From Dehalococcoidia bacterium (GTDB lineage Bacteria > Chloroflexota > Dehalococcoidia > Bin125): a stretch of 64,000 bases of DNA. A program made the position numbers and the translations under genes. Below are positions 46,101 through 53,661 of this stretch, piece after piece; the first letter of the stretch is position 1; every line of letters starts with the position of its first letter. The notes under the pieces were generated by a model. The model did not search any database, had not been told where the DNA came from, and worked only from the letters and a program-made list of their open reading frames with translations. The DNA lies in assembly GCA_965215375.1 (NCBI GenBank), contig CBDCDO010000001.1, positions 1,120,717 through 1,184,716 of the forward strand, written 5' to 3'.

Positions 46101-47370
46101 TCCGAATCCGACTTCGGCGTTGACCGTCAATGTGACGATTTCGCAGAGTGGTAACTTTGGTGCGACTACTGGTTCTCGGACGGTCACTATTCCGACGACT
46201 GGCAGCAGAACCTTCACCGTTGGTACGATGAACGACAGTGTTGACGAGCCTGATGGATCCGTTACGGCGACGTTGTCCACGGGTACGGGTTACACTGTGT
46301 CGGGAACGAGCAATGCGGCGACGGTTGCGGTGTCTGATGATGATGATCCGCCCGCTGTTACTCCAGTGATTAGCATTGCGGCTGGCAGCGGGATTACTGA
46401 GGGTGGGAACGCTAGCTTTACCGTGACGGCGAATCCGAATCCGACCTCGGCGTTGACCGTCAATGTGACGATTTCGCAGAGTGGTAGCTTTGTTGCGACT
46501 ATTGGATCTCGGACGGTCACTATTCCGGCGACTGGTAGCAGATCGTTCACCGTTGGTACGACGAACGACAGTGTTGACGAGCCTGATGGTTCGGTCACGG
46601 CGACGTTGTCCACGGGAACGGGTTACACTGTGTCGGGAACGGGCAATGCGGCGACTGTTGCGGTTTCGGATGATGATCCTCCCGCTGTTACTCCAGTGAT
46701 TAGCATTGCGGCTGGCAGCGGGATTACTGAGGGTGGGTACGCTAGCTTTACCGTGACGGCGAGTCCGAACCCGACCTCGGCGTTGACCGTCAATGTGACA
46801 ATCTCGCAGAGTGGTAGCTTTGCTGCGACTACTGGATCTCGGACAGTCACTATTCCGACGACTGGCAGCAAAACGTTTACCGTTGGTACGACGAACGACA
46901 GTACTGACGAGTCTGACGGTTCTGTGACGGCGACTCTGAATGCTGGCACGGGTTACACCGTGTCGGGTTCGAGCAATGCTGCGACGGTGGCCGTTTCGGA
47001 TGATGACGATGCACCGCCACCTCCTCTGACGACCGGTCCGCCGACGGTGAGCGTGAGCGATGCTTCCGCAAGTGAAGGAACGGGACGCGTGCCCTTCGTC
47101 ATTAGACTTTCGCACGCGCACTCGAGGAGCATCACGTTCCGATATGGCGGGTTTGGCCAGAACGCAGGACTGGGGCAAGACTTCCACATCGTGTACGAAG
47201 CGTATACGCTTGCCGCGGGTGATACGGAAATCGAGATTGGTGTACCAATTGTCGATGATACTGAGGTGGAATCGGATGAGACGTTCAGAGTGTACTTCTA
47301 TGCTAGGAGCGGAATCACGATCCCAGGATACTTCCTCTATGTGGATGGCACGATCATTGACGATGACTAG
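40156..47370 (+). CDS. Giant Calx-beta-like repeat surface protein (~2400 aa) with a PPC-like domain and helical inserts
   Basis: AAGGAG RBS, ATG 40156, signal peptide (AWA); repeats 'EG..ATYTV.L..P..LTF..NW.TPQTVT'; PPC-like 'YTFEV..ITIDL..DPYLYL..NDDGG..NARI..LDAGWYTIEAT'; terminal Calx-beta. Confidence 0.9.
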   Translation: MRDRARSSLSSDRSRRVGGFTLLLAALAAVLILTMGGEAWAARQSAPTQPQSESLSSSGLALDVSATRLRVVEGGSAATYTIRPSTVPVQTISIAIGNPDTTAFTVSPPTLSFNTSNWQTAQPVTITPLQDDDSDHEVVSLTHTASGFADPDIKVYVSDDDATDPPPVPDDAGGLYGTLAQASKALVKVNEGHFEHVDTYTLHLTSDPGQNVTLTVNNPAPEQLAISPTSLTFTAGGSGNWNAPQTVTVTGQSDSDNRNDGLYPLYFIHSSGAFFGPPVLVHTRDISGVGDNTVVYGMEYVYVTERGATATYSVRMAGAPANYLRVNISSTIPKSVLVEPDTVDFDQANWDDPQFITITARDDLDSISQRGMITHRYQEASHTNWDNVIMFRDGKSLPIITTDGWSGDPIFEQNGDAIANVLTYDGKEPTYTVRLANDPEQDVTLDLQHDDRFTAHPNQLTFTGGSSGNWATPQTVTLHVGLDSDTDNEEIVIDHVYDGFVEATLPVTIIDSDPKSMIVYVYPSTSTMNEGETIQCYFVALADDPGGEVTMTLTSSLPGSLTISPTTLTFNSDNYRDMQPITLTAVEDINANDETVAILHELPGYRQVTLSIDITDNDPGGITIAPRNEFTLPEGPGNYSYRVHLTRDPGVGKTVAVERSGNTGGITFYTANLYGRLTFTGGPDGTWAIPQRYDFGVDRDSDNVDNTYVATHTTTIDGFTSNSDVILHVVETHPNTRQRARPVVYTGADMIVEIPEPVDCEDDPDHEDCEEPDPNHFPLPTVAPSRLHVVEGSSARSYSVFFTEDPMTDITVTITTESANSTLASWSVAPLTLTFTGGENGNWQTPQWVAVSGVADSDTDDDLLTIVHRATSYAQDGTVARQEYGDSVIANLYDNNTDAVTISDIALAIREGATATYTVSLASDPGGTATVTPTSSNTTSVTISPALLTFTSSDWMSPQTVTVQAVQDPDGDHETATISHTVSGYTTATPPASVSVDVTDDEAPTVSVTPGSAVTEGAAASFTVSASPAQTSPLSVSITVAQNGEYAADADIGTKTVSIPTSGNLMYTVDTTADDQDEPDGDITVTLNAGDPYTVSPTEGTAMVAVSDDDDPPECTVQLPSDAITVAEVKVWRDEFTASTHVLRWNKVLAALGESTGESAMTAAESRDIKSRINNSRWDRTTRTLEAMAKCGTTPPVIPELSITAGSDVAEGSDAIFTITATPAPTKTLLVWLSIAEVGDFNVDPSGVYSVNMTTSGSYTLELETTGDNVNEADGSAKVAISARPTYTVSTTAGAATVAIADDDVPEISIASVSDIIEGANAMFTLTAIPAPAIPLAVEVEVTQSADFGAATGMHTVTIPTSGTKTFQVATNDDRADDADGPVTVTISTGTGYTVSAGSGSAEVNVSDNDPPAGTSIISIVAGSDIKEGADATFTVTANPPPSADLAVSVTISQTGEFVAATGSQTFTIPPTGTYMFTVAIDDDDVYEEDGSVTVTVGTNTNNPGSYAASPTDSSATVQVSDDEKSNPCVQVVTASGTIEAQWTSRCDSHARWQRYSQFYTFEVSQESKITIDLVSVADPYLYLRAGQGTDRGASVETNDDGGPGRNARIVRQLDAGWYTIEATTYYRRAEDKFQLTIGGLPTATSPKAQQAQTTEPEITIVAGADVTEGSDATFTITASPTPAVDLDVTIAVTQSGDYVTTGPHTVTIPTSGSRTLTISTTNDSDDEPDGSVTATLSTGPGYTVSGTSNAATVGVSDDDDPPVVTPVTSITADNGITEGGNASFTVTASPNPTSVLTVTLAISQNGSFGVSIGSRTITVPTTGSITFTVATTDDSTDEPDGSVTATISSGTGYTVSQTSGAASVAISDDDDTCTPTLPSDAVTISEITGWRDALSNAAGIKRFNRVLATLGVDTGETAMPAELAQQVADWLGNTRWDRIARTLAAMEQSQCEAPPTEPEISITAGSGITEGGNASFTVTASPNPTSALTVNVTISQSGNFGATTGSRTVTIPTTGSRTFTVGTMNDSVDEPDGSVTATLSTGTGYTVSGTSNAATVAVSDDDDPPAVTPVISIAAGSGITEGGNASFTVTANPNPTSALTVNVTISQSGSFVATIGSRTVTIPATGSRSFTVGTTNDSVDEPDGSVTATLSTGTGYTVSGTGNAATVAVSDDDPPAVTPVISIAAGSGITEGGYASFTVTASPNPTSALTVNVTISQSGSFAATTGSRTVTIPTTGSKTFTVGTTNDSTDESDGSVTATLNAGTGYTVSGSSNAATVAVSDDDDAPPPPLTTGPPTVSVSDASASEGTGRVPFVIRLSHAHSRSITFRYGGFGQNAGLGQDFHIVYEAYTLAAGDTEIEIGVPIVDDTEVESDETFRVYFYARSGITIPGYFLYVDGTIIDDD
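46030..47010 (+). repeat. Three near-identical ~330-bp intragenic tandem repeats
   Basis: 'ISI.AGSGITEGG.ASFTVTA.PNPTSALTVNVTISQSG.F.AT.GSRTVTIP' repeated with DNA-level identity; more diverged copies at ~45120-45770. Confidence 0.9.
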
Positions 47371-47477
47371 CGGTTGTTCTTCGGGGATGCTGTTCTTATG
47401 AGGAGCGTCTCGGACGCGCAACCGTGTGCTAGCGGTCTGGTGCCGTTAGTCTGTAACTGGACTGAGGGAGATGCGAC

Positions 47478-48668
47478 ATGACCACACCATTGCTTGACGG
47501 GATTCGGGTGCTTGATTTCACGCAGTTTCAACAAGGGCCTTCCGCGACCGTGTTGATGTCTGACCTTGGCGCCGAGGTGATCAAGGTGGAGCGGCTAGGC
47601 GTTGGCGATCCGTCGCGGCATGTTGGGAAGAATGCTGAGGGGTTCTCGCAGTACTTCCACACGCATCACCGGGGCAAGCGCAGCATCGCGGTCGACTTGC
47701 GCTCGGGCAGCGGGCGGGAGCTGATCTACGAGTTAGTTCAGCAGGTCGATGTGGTGACGGAGAACTTCAAGCCGGGCGTGATGGATCGATTGGGACTTGG
47801 TTGGGACGATCTGCGGGAACGCAATCCTCGGCTGGTGTACGCGAGCGCCAGCGGATTTGGTCCGGAGGGTCCGCGAGCGAAGTCGACCTCGTGGGCATCG
47901 GTCGCGGGAGCGGCTGGCGGCGGGATGTGGGCGAATGGCGTGAAGGACGGCGAGCCGTACGGCAACGTCGCCGCGCCCGATCCTGACCAGACGGGCGGGA
48001 TGATCTTCGCGTTTGCGATTGCCAGCGCGCTGGTTGCGCGGGAGCGCAGCGGCGAAGGTCAGTTCGTCCAGACGTCGCTCTATGGGAGCCAGATTTGGGG
48101 CCGAGCGCCTGCGATCAACGCGATCGCGAATGGCAATACCGTGCCATCGGCGCGGAACATGCCGATTTCCAACATGTTCACGCTGCAGGCGCAGGGCTCG
48201 GATGGCGAGTGGCTGTTTGTTGGCTTCATCACCGACCGCTGGGTGCCGATGTGTCGGGCGTTGGAGCGGTCGGACCTGCTCAGCGACCCGCGGTTCGCCG
48301 ATTTGGCGGATCGCAATGCGAACATGGACCTGCTCCGCGAGGAGGTCGCCGTGACGATTGCGACGCGCCCTGCGTCGGAGTGGCCTCACCGCTTTGATGC
48401 GGAAGAGGTGCCGAGCACGCTGATTCAGGACTACGCGATGATCGCCGCCGATGAACAGGCCGCGGCGAATGAGTACATGGTGACGTTCGAGGACGAGCGA
48501 GTCGGGGCACTGCGGATTGTCGGTTCGCCGGTGCGCGCGAACGGTGAGCAGGGACAGATTTGCGGGCTCGGACCTGAGCTCGGGCAGGACACCGACGCGT
48601 TGCTTGCGGCGCTGGGTCGCTCGGCCGAGCAGATCGCTGGGCTTCGCGAGGCTGGTGTTGTCGCGTAG
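47478..48668 (+). CDS. CoA-transferase family III
   Basis: 'LDGIRVLDFTQFQQGP', 'LGAEVIKVE', 'RGKRSIAVDL', 'ENFKPGVMDRLGLG', 'PELGQDTD'. Confidence 0.93.
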   Translation: MTTPLLDGIRVLDFTQFQQGPSATVLMSDLGAEVIKVERLGVGDPSRHVGKNAEGFSQYFHTHHRGKRSIAVDLRSGSGRELIYELVQQVDVVTENFKPGVMDRLGLGWDDLRERNPRLVYASASGFGPEGPRAKSTSWASVAGAAGGGMWANGVKDGEPYGNVAAPDPDQTGGMIFAFAIASALVARERSGEGQFVQTSLYGSQIWGRAPAINAIANGNTVPSARNMPISNMFTLQAQGSDGEWLFVGFITDRWVPMCRALERSDLLSDPRFADLADRNANMDLLREEVAVTIATRPASEWPHRFDAEEVPSTLIQDYAMIAADEQAAANEYMVTFEDERVGALRIVGSPVRANGEQGQICGLGPELGQDTDALLAALGRSAEQIAGLREAGVVA

Positions 48669-48711
48669 CCCGCGCTTCGGGCAGAACTCTCGCAGCAGGA
48701 AAGGAACGGCT

Positions 48712-49839
48712 ATGTCGGAGCGACGCACGGGATGGGTGTATCACGAGTCGTACATGTGGCACGACACTGGCCGCACGCGGGCGTTCGACCCGGTGCTGCG
48801 ACGGTGGATGCAGGCCTGGGAACACTGGGAGAATCCCGACACCAAGCGGCGGTGGAACAATCTGCTGGAGGTCTCGGATTTCTCGGAGCAGCTTGTCCAG
48901 CTCAAGCCGCGCTCGGCGAACTTGGAGCAGGTGCTGCGATTCCACACACCCGATTATGTCGACCGCGTGCGGGAGTTGTCGGCGGTCGACGGCGGTGACG
49001 CGGGCGAAGGGGCGCCGTTCTCGCACGGGGGCTACGAGATTGCGTTGCTCTCGGCCGGCGGCACGATCACGGCGGTTGATGCTGTGCTCGATGGCGATGT
49101 CGACAACGCGTATGCGCTCGTTCGTCCGCCTGGGCATCATGCCGAGCGTGACCGGGGTCGGGGATTTTGTGTGTTTGGCAATGTCGCAATTGCGGCCATG
49201 CACGCGCTGGCAGAACGTGGCATCGACCGAGTGGCGACGCTCGATTGGGATGTCCATCACGGCAATGGCACGCAGCAAGCGTTCTACGAGCGCAGCGATG
49301 TGCTGACGATGTCGATTCATCAGGATCAGTGGTATCCGCGCGACAGTGGTCGGATGGAGGAACGCGGCGAGGGAGCGGGCGAGGGCTACAACATCAACAT
49401 CCCGCTGCCGCCGGGAAGCGGTCATGGCGCGTATGTGGAGACGATCCGACAGGTGGTCGTGCCGGCAATGCAGGTGTTTCAGCCTGACTTGATTCTGGTG
49501 CCGTCGGGGTTTGATGGCAGTATGTATGACCCGTTGGGTCGGATGATGGCGTACTCGGAGACGTTCCGCGAGATGACTCGGCTTCTCATGGAGGCGGCGG
49601 ATGAGTTGTGCTCGGGACGGCTGGTACTGAGTCATGAGGGCGGGTACAGCCCGACGTATGTGCCGTTTTGTGGGCTCGCGGTGGTCGAGGAGCTGAGCGG
49701 GAGGCGGTCGATCGCTGGCGATCCGTTCGAGGACAACTCGGCGACGGCTGGCGGTCAGGAGATTCAGCCGCATCAACAGTCGGTGCTCGACGATGCGAAG
49801 TCGCTGGTGGACGATCTGCGTCGGCTTGAGGGGGTGTGA
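48712..49839 (+). CDS. Class II histone deacetylase-family amidohydrolase
   Basis: 'RPPGHHA', 'GFCVFGN', 'DWDVHHGNGTQ', 'GFD..DPLG', 'HEGGY'; AAGGA RBS. Confidence 0.95.
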   Translation: MSERRTGWVYHESYMWHDTGRTRAFDPVLRRWMQAWEHWENPDTKRRWNNLLEVSDFSEQLVQLKPRSANLEQVLRFHTPDYVDRVRELSAVDGGDAGEGAPFSHGGYEIALLSAGGTITAVDAVLDGDVDNAYALVRPPGHHAERDRGRGFCVFGNVAIAAMHALAERGIDRVATLDWDVHHGNGTQQAFYERSDVLTMSIHQDQWYPRDSGRMEERGEGAGEGYNINIPLPPGSGHGAYVETIRQVVVPAMQVFQPDLILVPSGFDGSMYDPLGRMMAYSETFREMTRLLMEAADELCSGRLVLSHEGGYSPTYVPFCGLAVVEELSGRRSIAGDPFEDNSATAGGQEIQPHQQSVLDDAKSLVDDLRRLEGV

Positions 49840-49909
49840 GCGGTTGGTGGGGATGCGCCTTGGGGAGGCCTTCACCCTAACCCTCTCCCAGAAGGAGAGG
49901 GGATCAGAT

Positions 49910-50511
49910 TGGTGCTCAGTCATGAGGGAGCATGCAGCCCGACGTTTGTGCCGTTCTGTGGGTTCGCGGTAGTGGAGGAGCTGAGGGGGAACCGGTCCAT
50001 CGCTGGCGATCCGTTCGAGGACAACTCGGCGACGGCTGGCGGTCAGAAGATTCAGCCGCATCAGCAGTCGGTGCTCGACGATGCGAAGTCGCTGGTGGAT
50101 GTTCTGCGTCGGCTTGAGGGGGTGTGAGGGGTTGGTAGGGATGAGGCTGGGAGAGGCCCTCACCCCCCGCTTACGCGGGGGCAGGCTCTCACCCTCTCCC
50201 AGAGGGAAAGGGGATCAGATTGGTGCTGAGTCATGAGGGCGGGTACAGCCCGACGTATGTGCCGTTTTGTGGGCTCGCGGTGGTCGAGGAGCTGAGGGGG
50301 AACCGGTCCATCGCTGGCGATCCGTTCGAGGACAACTCGGCGACGGCTGGCGGTCAGGAGATTCAGCCGCATCAACAGTCGGTGCTCGACGATGCGAAGT
50401 CGCTGGTGGATGATCTGCGTCGGCTTGAGGGGGTGTGAGGGGTTGGTGAGGCTGCGGCTGGGGGAGGCCCTCACCCTAACCCTCTCCCAGAGGGAGAGGG
50501 GATCAGATTGG
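49910..50511 (+). repeat. Two extra tandem copies of the deacetylase 3' end (72 codons), each followed by REP-C
   Basis: Units start at 49622 (in gene), 49910 and 50221; each ends in 'ccctctccc..ggggatcagattgg'. Confidence 0.95.
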
Positions 50512-50654
50512 GGATTTGGGAAGGAGCTCTTCCATGGGGAAGGGATTTGGTGAGAGGATTGGGGGGCGAGGGGTTCAGAGGGGAGAGGAGACCCGAAGGG
50601 AAACTTGGGCAAGCTTCCACTCAGAGAGGGAGGAGCGTTGTGCGTTGGGCTCGT

Positions 50655-52016
50655 TTAGAGCTCAAAGAGGGTGATTGTGTCGTTGGGGGCCAACTGGTCC
50701 CCGGTTGGCTCGGCTCAACAGAACCAGTCTTCGGTGAGGCCGGGTCGGTGGACGTGGGGTGCGGGGACGTCGGGCCAAGGTTCGGCTTCGAGGAGTCGGC
50801 AGGCTGTGGCTTTGATTTGCGGGAACGATGCTTGTTGCTCTGCGAGGCGTGCGATCTCAGCTTGGAGAGTGTCCATCCGAGGTTCGGCGTGGCGCCAGTT
50901 CCAGGTGAGGCCGTCGGGATCGTAAGTCGTGAGCGCGCCCATGTCTCGCATTGGCTGGACGAGCGGCGAATCGGACGGTGCGAGGAGGCGGAGGCCGAGC
51001 TGCACCGGCGGGGTGAGGTCGACGAGCCGGCGGGTCTCGATGAACTGGAGCAGGTCGAGGAGATCGCCCGCTGAGGTCCAGGGCGTGAAGGGAAGCCAGG
51101 TCGGGCGGAGCGCGATTCCCACTCGTTCGGTGAGATCGAGGACGCGGTCGAGGTCGGCGGCGGTGTGTCCCTTGTCCAGAATGTCGAGGAGCTGGTTGTC
51201 GACCGACTCGAACGCTGAGGTGATGAAGGTGACGCCGCGTTCGGCGATTTCGGGCAGAAGCGCCTGGTGCTCCAGCAGGTGCTCGACTTTGATGGTCGCG
51301 TCGAAGGTGAGCTGGGGGTGCGATGCCGATGCTCGGCGGAGCAGGTGCATTGCGAGATCGGGCGCGTTGAGGAAGTCTGGATCGCCGAAGGTGATGTGTT
51401 CCGCGCCGGCTTCGACTTGCTGGTCGATGTCGGCGAGGACGGTCTCGGCGCCGTTGAGACGCAGTCGTCCGGCGTAGATCGGCGTGAGGGGGCAGTGGGT
51501 GCATCGGTGCGCGCAGCCGCGTGTGGATTCGACGTATCCGGCAAGATGCGCGGCGCCGCTCGGGTCGCGGTACTGGGCGTACTGGTCGAGCGGGGGCAGC
51601 AGCGAGCGGTCGGGAACGAGTCGCGCCTCGCGGTCGAAGTGGGGCACGTCCGCGGCGGTCGCGCCATTCGCGACTTGGACGAGTTGGAGGTCGGTGTCGC
51701 CGCTGATGGTGCGTCCGAGACCGAGGTCACCAAGCGAGTTTGCGGCGAGTCCGTAGAAAACGATCTTGTCGCGGTGGTCGTGGAGCTGTCGGGCGATGCG
51801 GATGCCGAGTCGGGCGGCAGTGTGCATCGGCGTGGAGATGGCGACGAGGTCAGCGTCGGAGGCGGCAGCCGCGAGGTGGTCCGAGCTGACTGACTGGACT
51901 GCGAGGTCGAAGGCTGAGACGTGGTGTCCAGCGTCGACCAGGGCAGCGGTCGGAGCGGCGACGCCAAGCGGCTGGTGTCCTTGCTCATAGGTGGATATCA
52001 GGAGGACGCGCGCCAT
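50655..52016 (-). CDS. CUAEP/CCAEP-tail B12-binding-like radical SAM selenoprotein (UGA 50715-50717 = Sec; 453 aa)
   Basis: 'STRGCAHRCTHCP' CxxxCxxC; readthrough gives ..TEDWFC-U-AEPTGDQLAPNDTITLFEL-TAA; hairpin just 3' of the UGA. Confidence 0.88.
50689..50709 (-). promoter_or_regulatory. Candidate bacterial SECIS hairpin
   Basis: GCCAAC-C-GG-GGA-CC-A-GTTGGC starting 5 nt after the UGA. Confidence 0.55.
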
Positions 52017-52087
52017 GATCTCAGGGTATCGCTAAGGTCGGGTGAGGTTGGGTCTGTGGGGGGATCTCGCGGGGCACTTGGCGTTCT

Positions 52088-52960
52088 CGTCATACCCGCG
52101 CTTGTCGCGGGTATCTCGCTGAGGGCAGCACCGGTGTCGACGGGTCCAGGTGAGCACGTCGGCCTTGCACTACGGATCGAGATTCCCGCGGCGGAGGGCG
52201 GGTATGACGGAGGTGTGTCGCGGCATCGGGCCGAGCGGGTCCCCGATTAAGTCGGGGACGGGGAATGGGGTGAATCTCCCGTGGCGAGGCGGTCTCAGCT
52301 GATTGGCTCGTCTGCGAGGTCGAAGGCTGAGATGTGGTGGTCAGCGTCGATCAGGGCAGCGGTCGGAGCGGCGATGGCGAGCGGCGGGGGCTATGAGTTA
52401 TTCGTCATACCCGCGCTTGTCGCGGGTATCTCGCTGAGGCCAGCACCAGGGTCGATGCGTCCGTGTGAGCGCGTCGGCCTTGCTCGACGGATCGAGATTC
52501 CCGCGGCGGTGCGCGGGTATGACGGAGGTGTGTCGCGGCTTCGGGCCGCGCAGGTCCTCGATCAAGTCGGGGACGGGGAATGGGGTGAGTTTCCCGCGGC
52601 GAGGCGGTCTGAGCTGACTGACCGGACTGCGAGATCGAAGGCTGAGACCTGGTGGCCGGCGTCGATCAGGGCAGCGGTCGGAGCGGCGATGGCGAGCGGC
52701 GGGGGCTCCGAGTTGTTCGTCCTACCCGCGCTTGTCGTGGGTATTTCGCTGAGGACAGCACCGGTGTCGATGCGCCTTGGTGAGCACGTCGGCCTTGCAC
52801 TACGGATCGAGATTCCCGCGGCGGTACGCGGGTATGACGGGGTTGTGGCGGAGCAGGGGAATGACGGAGGTGTGGCTCGGTATGGGGCCGAGCGGGTCCC
52901 CGATCACGTCGGGGACTGGAAACAGGGGCGGGATTCCCGCAGCGGAGTGCGGGGATGACG
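52088..52960. repeat. ~315-bp tandem composite repeat: REP-A pair + REP-B + captured fragment of the radical SAM gene
   Basis: Fragment 51871-51972 recurs at ~52283-52385 and ~52598-52700 between REP blocks. Confidence 0.92.
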
Positions 52961-53009
52961 GCATTTGTGGGCTGTGGAGACCTTTAGGGGGCGGTCCTGC
53001 TTTGGGTTG

Positions 53010-53618
53010 CTATTTCTTTGAGGGTTTGTAGTAGGGGTTGTCGCCGGATTGGTGGTCGGTGATGTCGATGAGTTCGTCGATCTCGGGGAGTTGTTCCTTG
53101 ACCGCGACCTCGATGCCTTGCTTGAGCGTGACGTTGGCCATGCCACAGCCTTGGCATCCGCCACCCATTTCGATGTAGGCCTTGCTGCCCCGCACTTCGA
53201 GGAGCTGCACGTAGCCTCCGTGAGCGGCGATTTGGGGATTGACCTGCTCGTCGAAGATGGCCTGAATTCTGTGTGCGATGGGGTCGCGCCAGACGGGGTT
53301 CGGGTTGTGGAACTCGAGACCGGAGACGTTGGGGCCTTTGAACTCGTAGTGGACCGCGGTGCCGCGCAGGTCGTCGATTCGGTCGCCCTCGATGTAGAGA
53401 CGGAAGTCTGGATACTCGGCCGTGGCGTCGCCGTCGGGCTCGAAACCCTTTTCGACGATGGTGAGCACGTGCTCGAAACCCTCGGACGTTTTGCCGGTGA
53501 TCTTGAGTCGGAGTCCGGCGACTTCCTCGGGATAACCGGTCAAGACCTCGACCAATTTCGAGCGTGCGACGTCTGAGAAGGTGATACCGAGTTCGCCAAT
53601 TTTCGTGTCGGTGGTCAT
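53010..53618 (-). CDS. nfuA: Fe-S cluster biogenesis protein NfuA
   Basis: Degenerate A-type N-domain ('GLRL.I', 'F.NPN') plus NifU-C 'VNPQIAAHGG..MGGGCQGC..TLKQGIE..DITDH.SGDNPYY'. Confidence 0.92.
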   Translation of the reverse strand: MTTDTKIGELGITFSDVARSKLVEVLTGYPEEVAGLRLKITGKTSEGFEHVLTIVEKGFEPDGDATAEYPDFRLYIEGDRIDDLRGTAVHYEFKGPNVSGLEFHNPNPVWRDPIAHRIQAIFDEQVNPQIAAHGGYVQLLEVRGSKAYIEMGGGCQGCGMANVTLKQGIEVAVKEQLPEIDELIDITDHQSGDNPYYKPSKK

Positions 53619-53661
53619 CGATTGCCCCATTCCAAGCCTCGTTTCTTAGCATAGCTGTCGG

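Noticed and set aside
49622-50511. Template/variable-repeat pair of a diversity-generating retroelement
   Set aside because: Differences are not adenine-specific and there is no reverse transcriptase in the window
52281-52958. 225-aa ORF with internal repeats
   Set aside because: It is a translation of REP units and the antisense of captured radical SAM fragments; no coding signature
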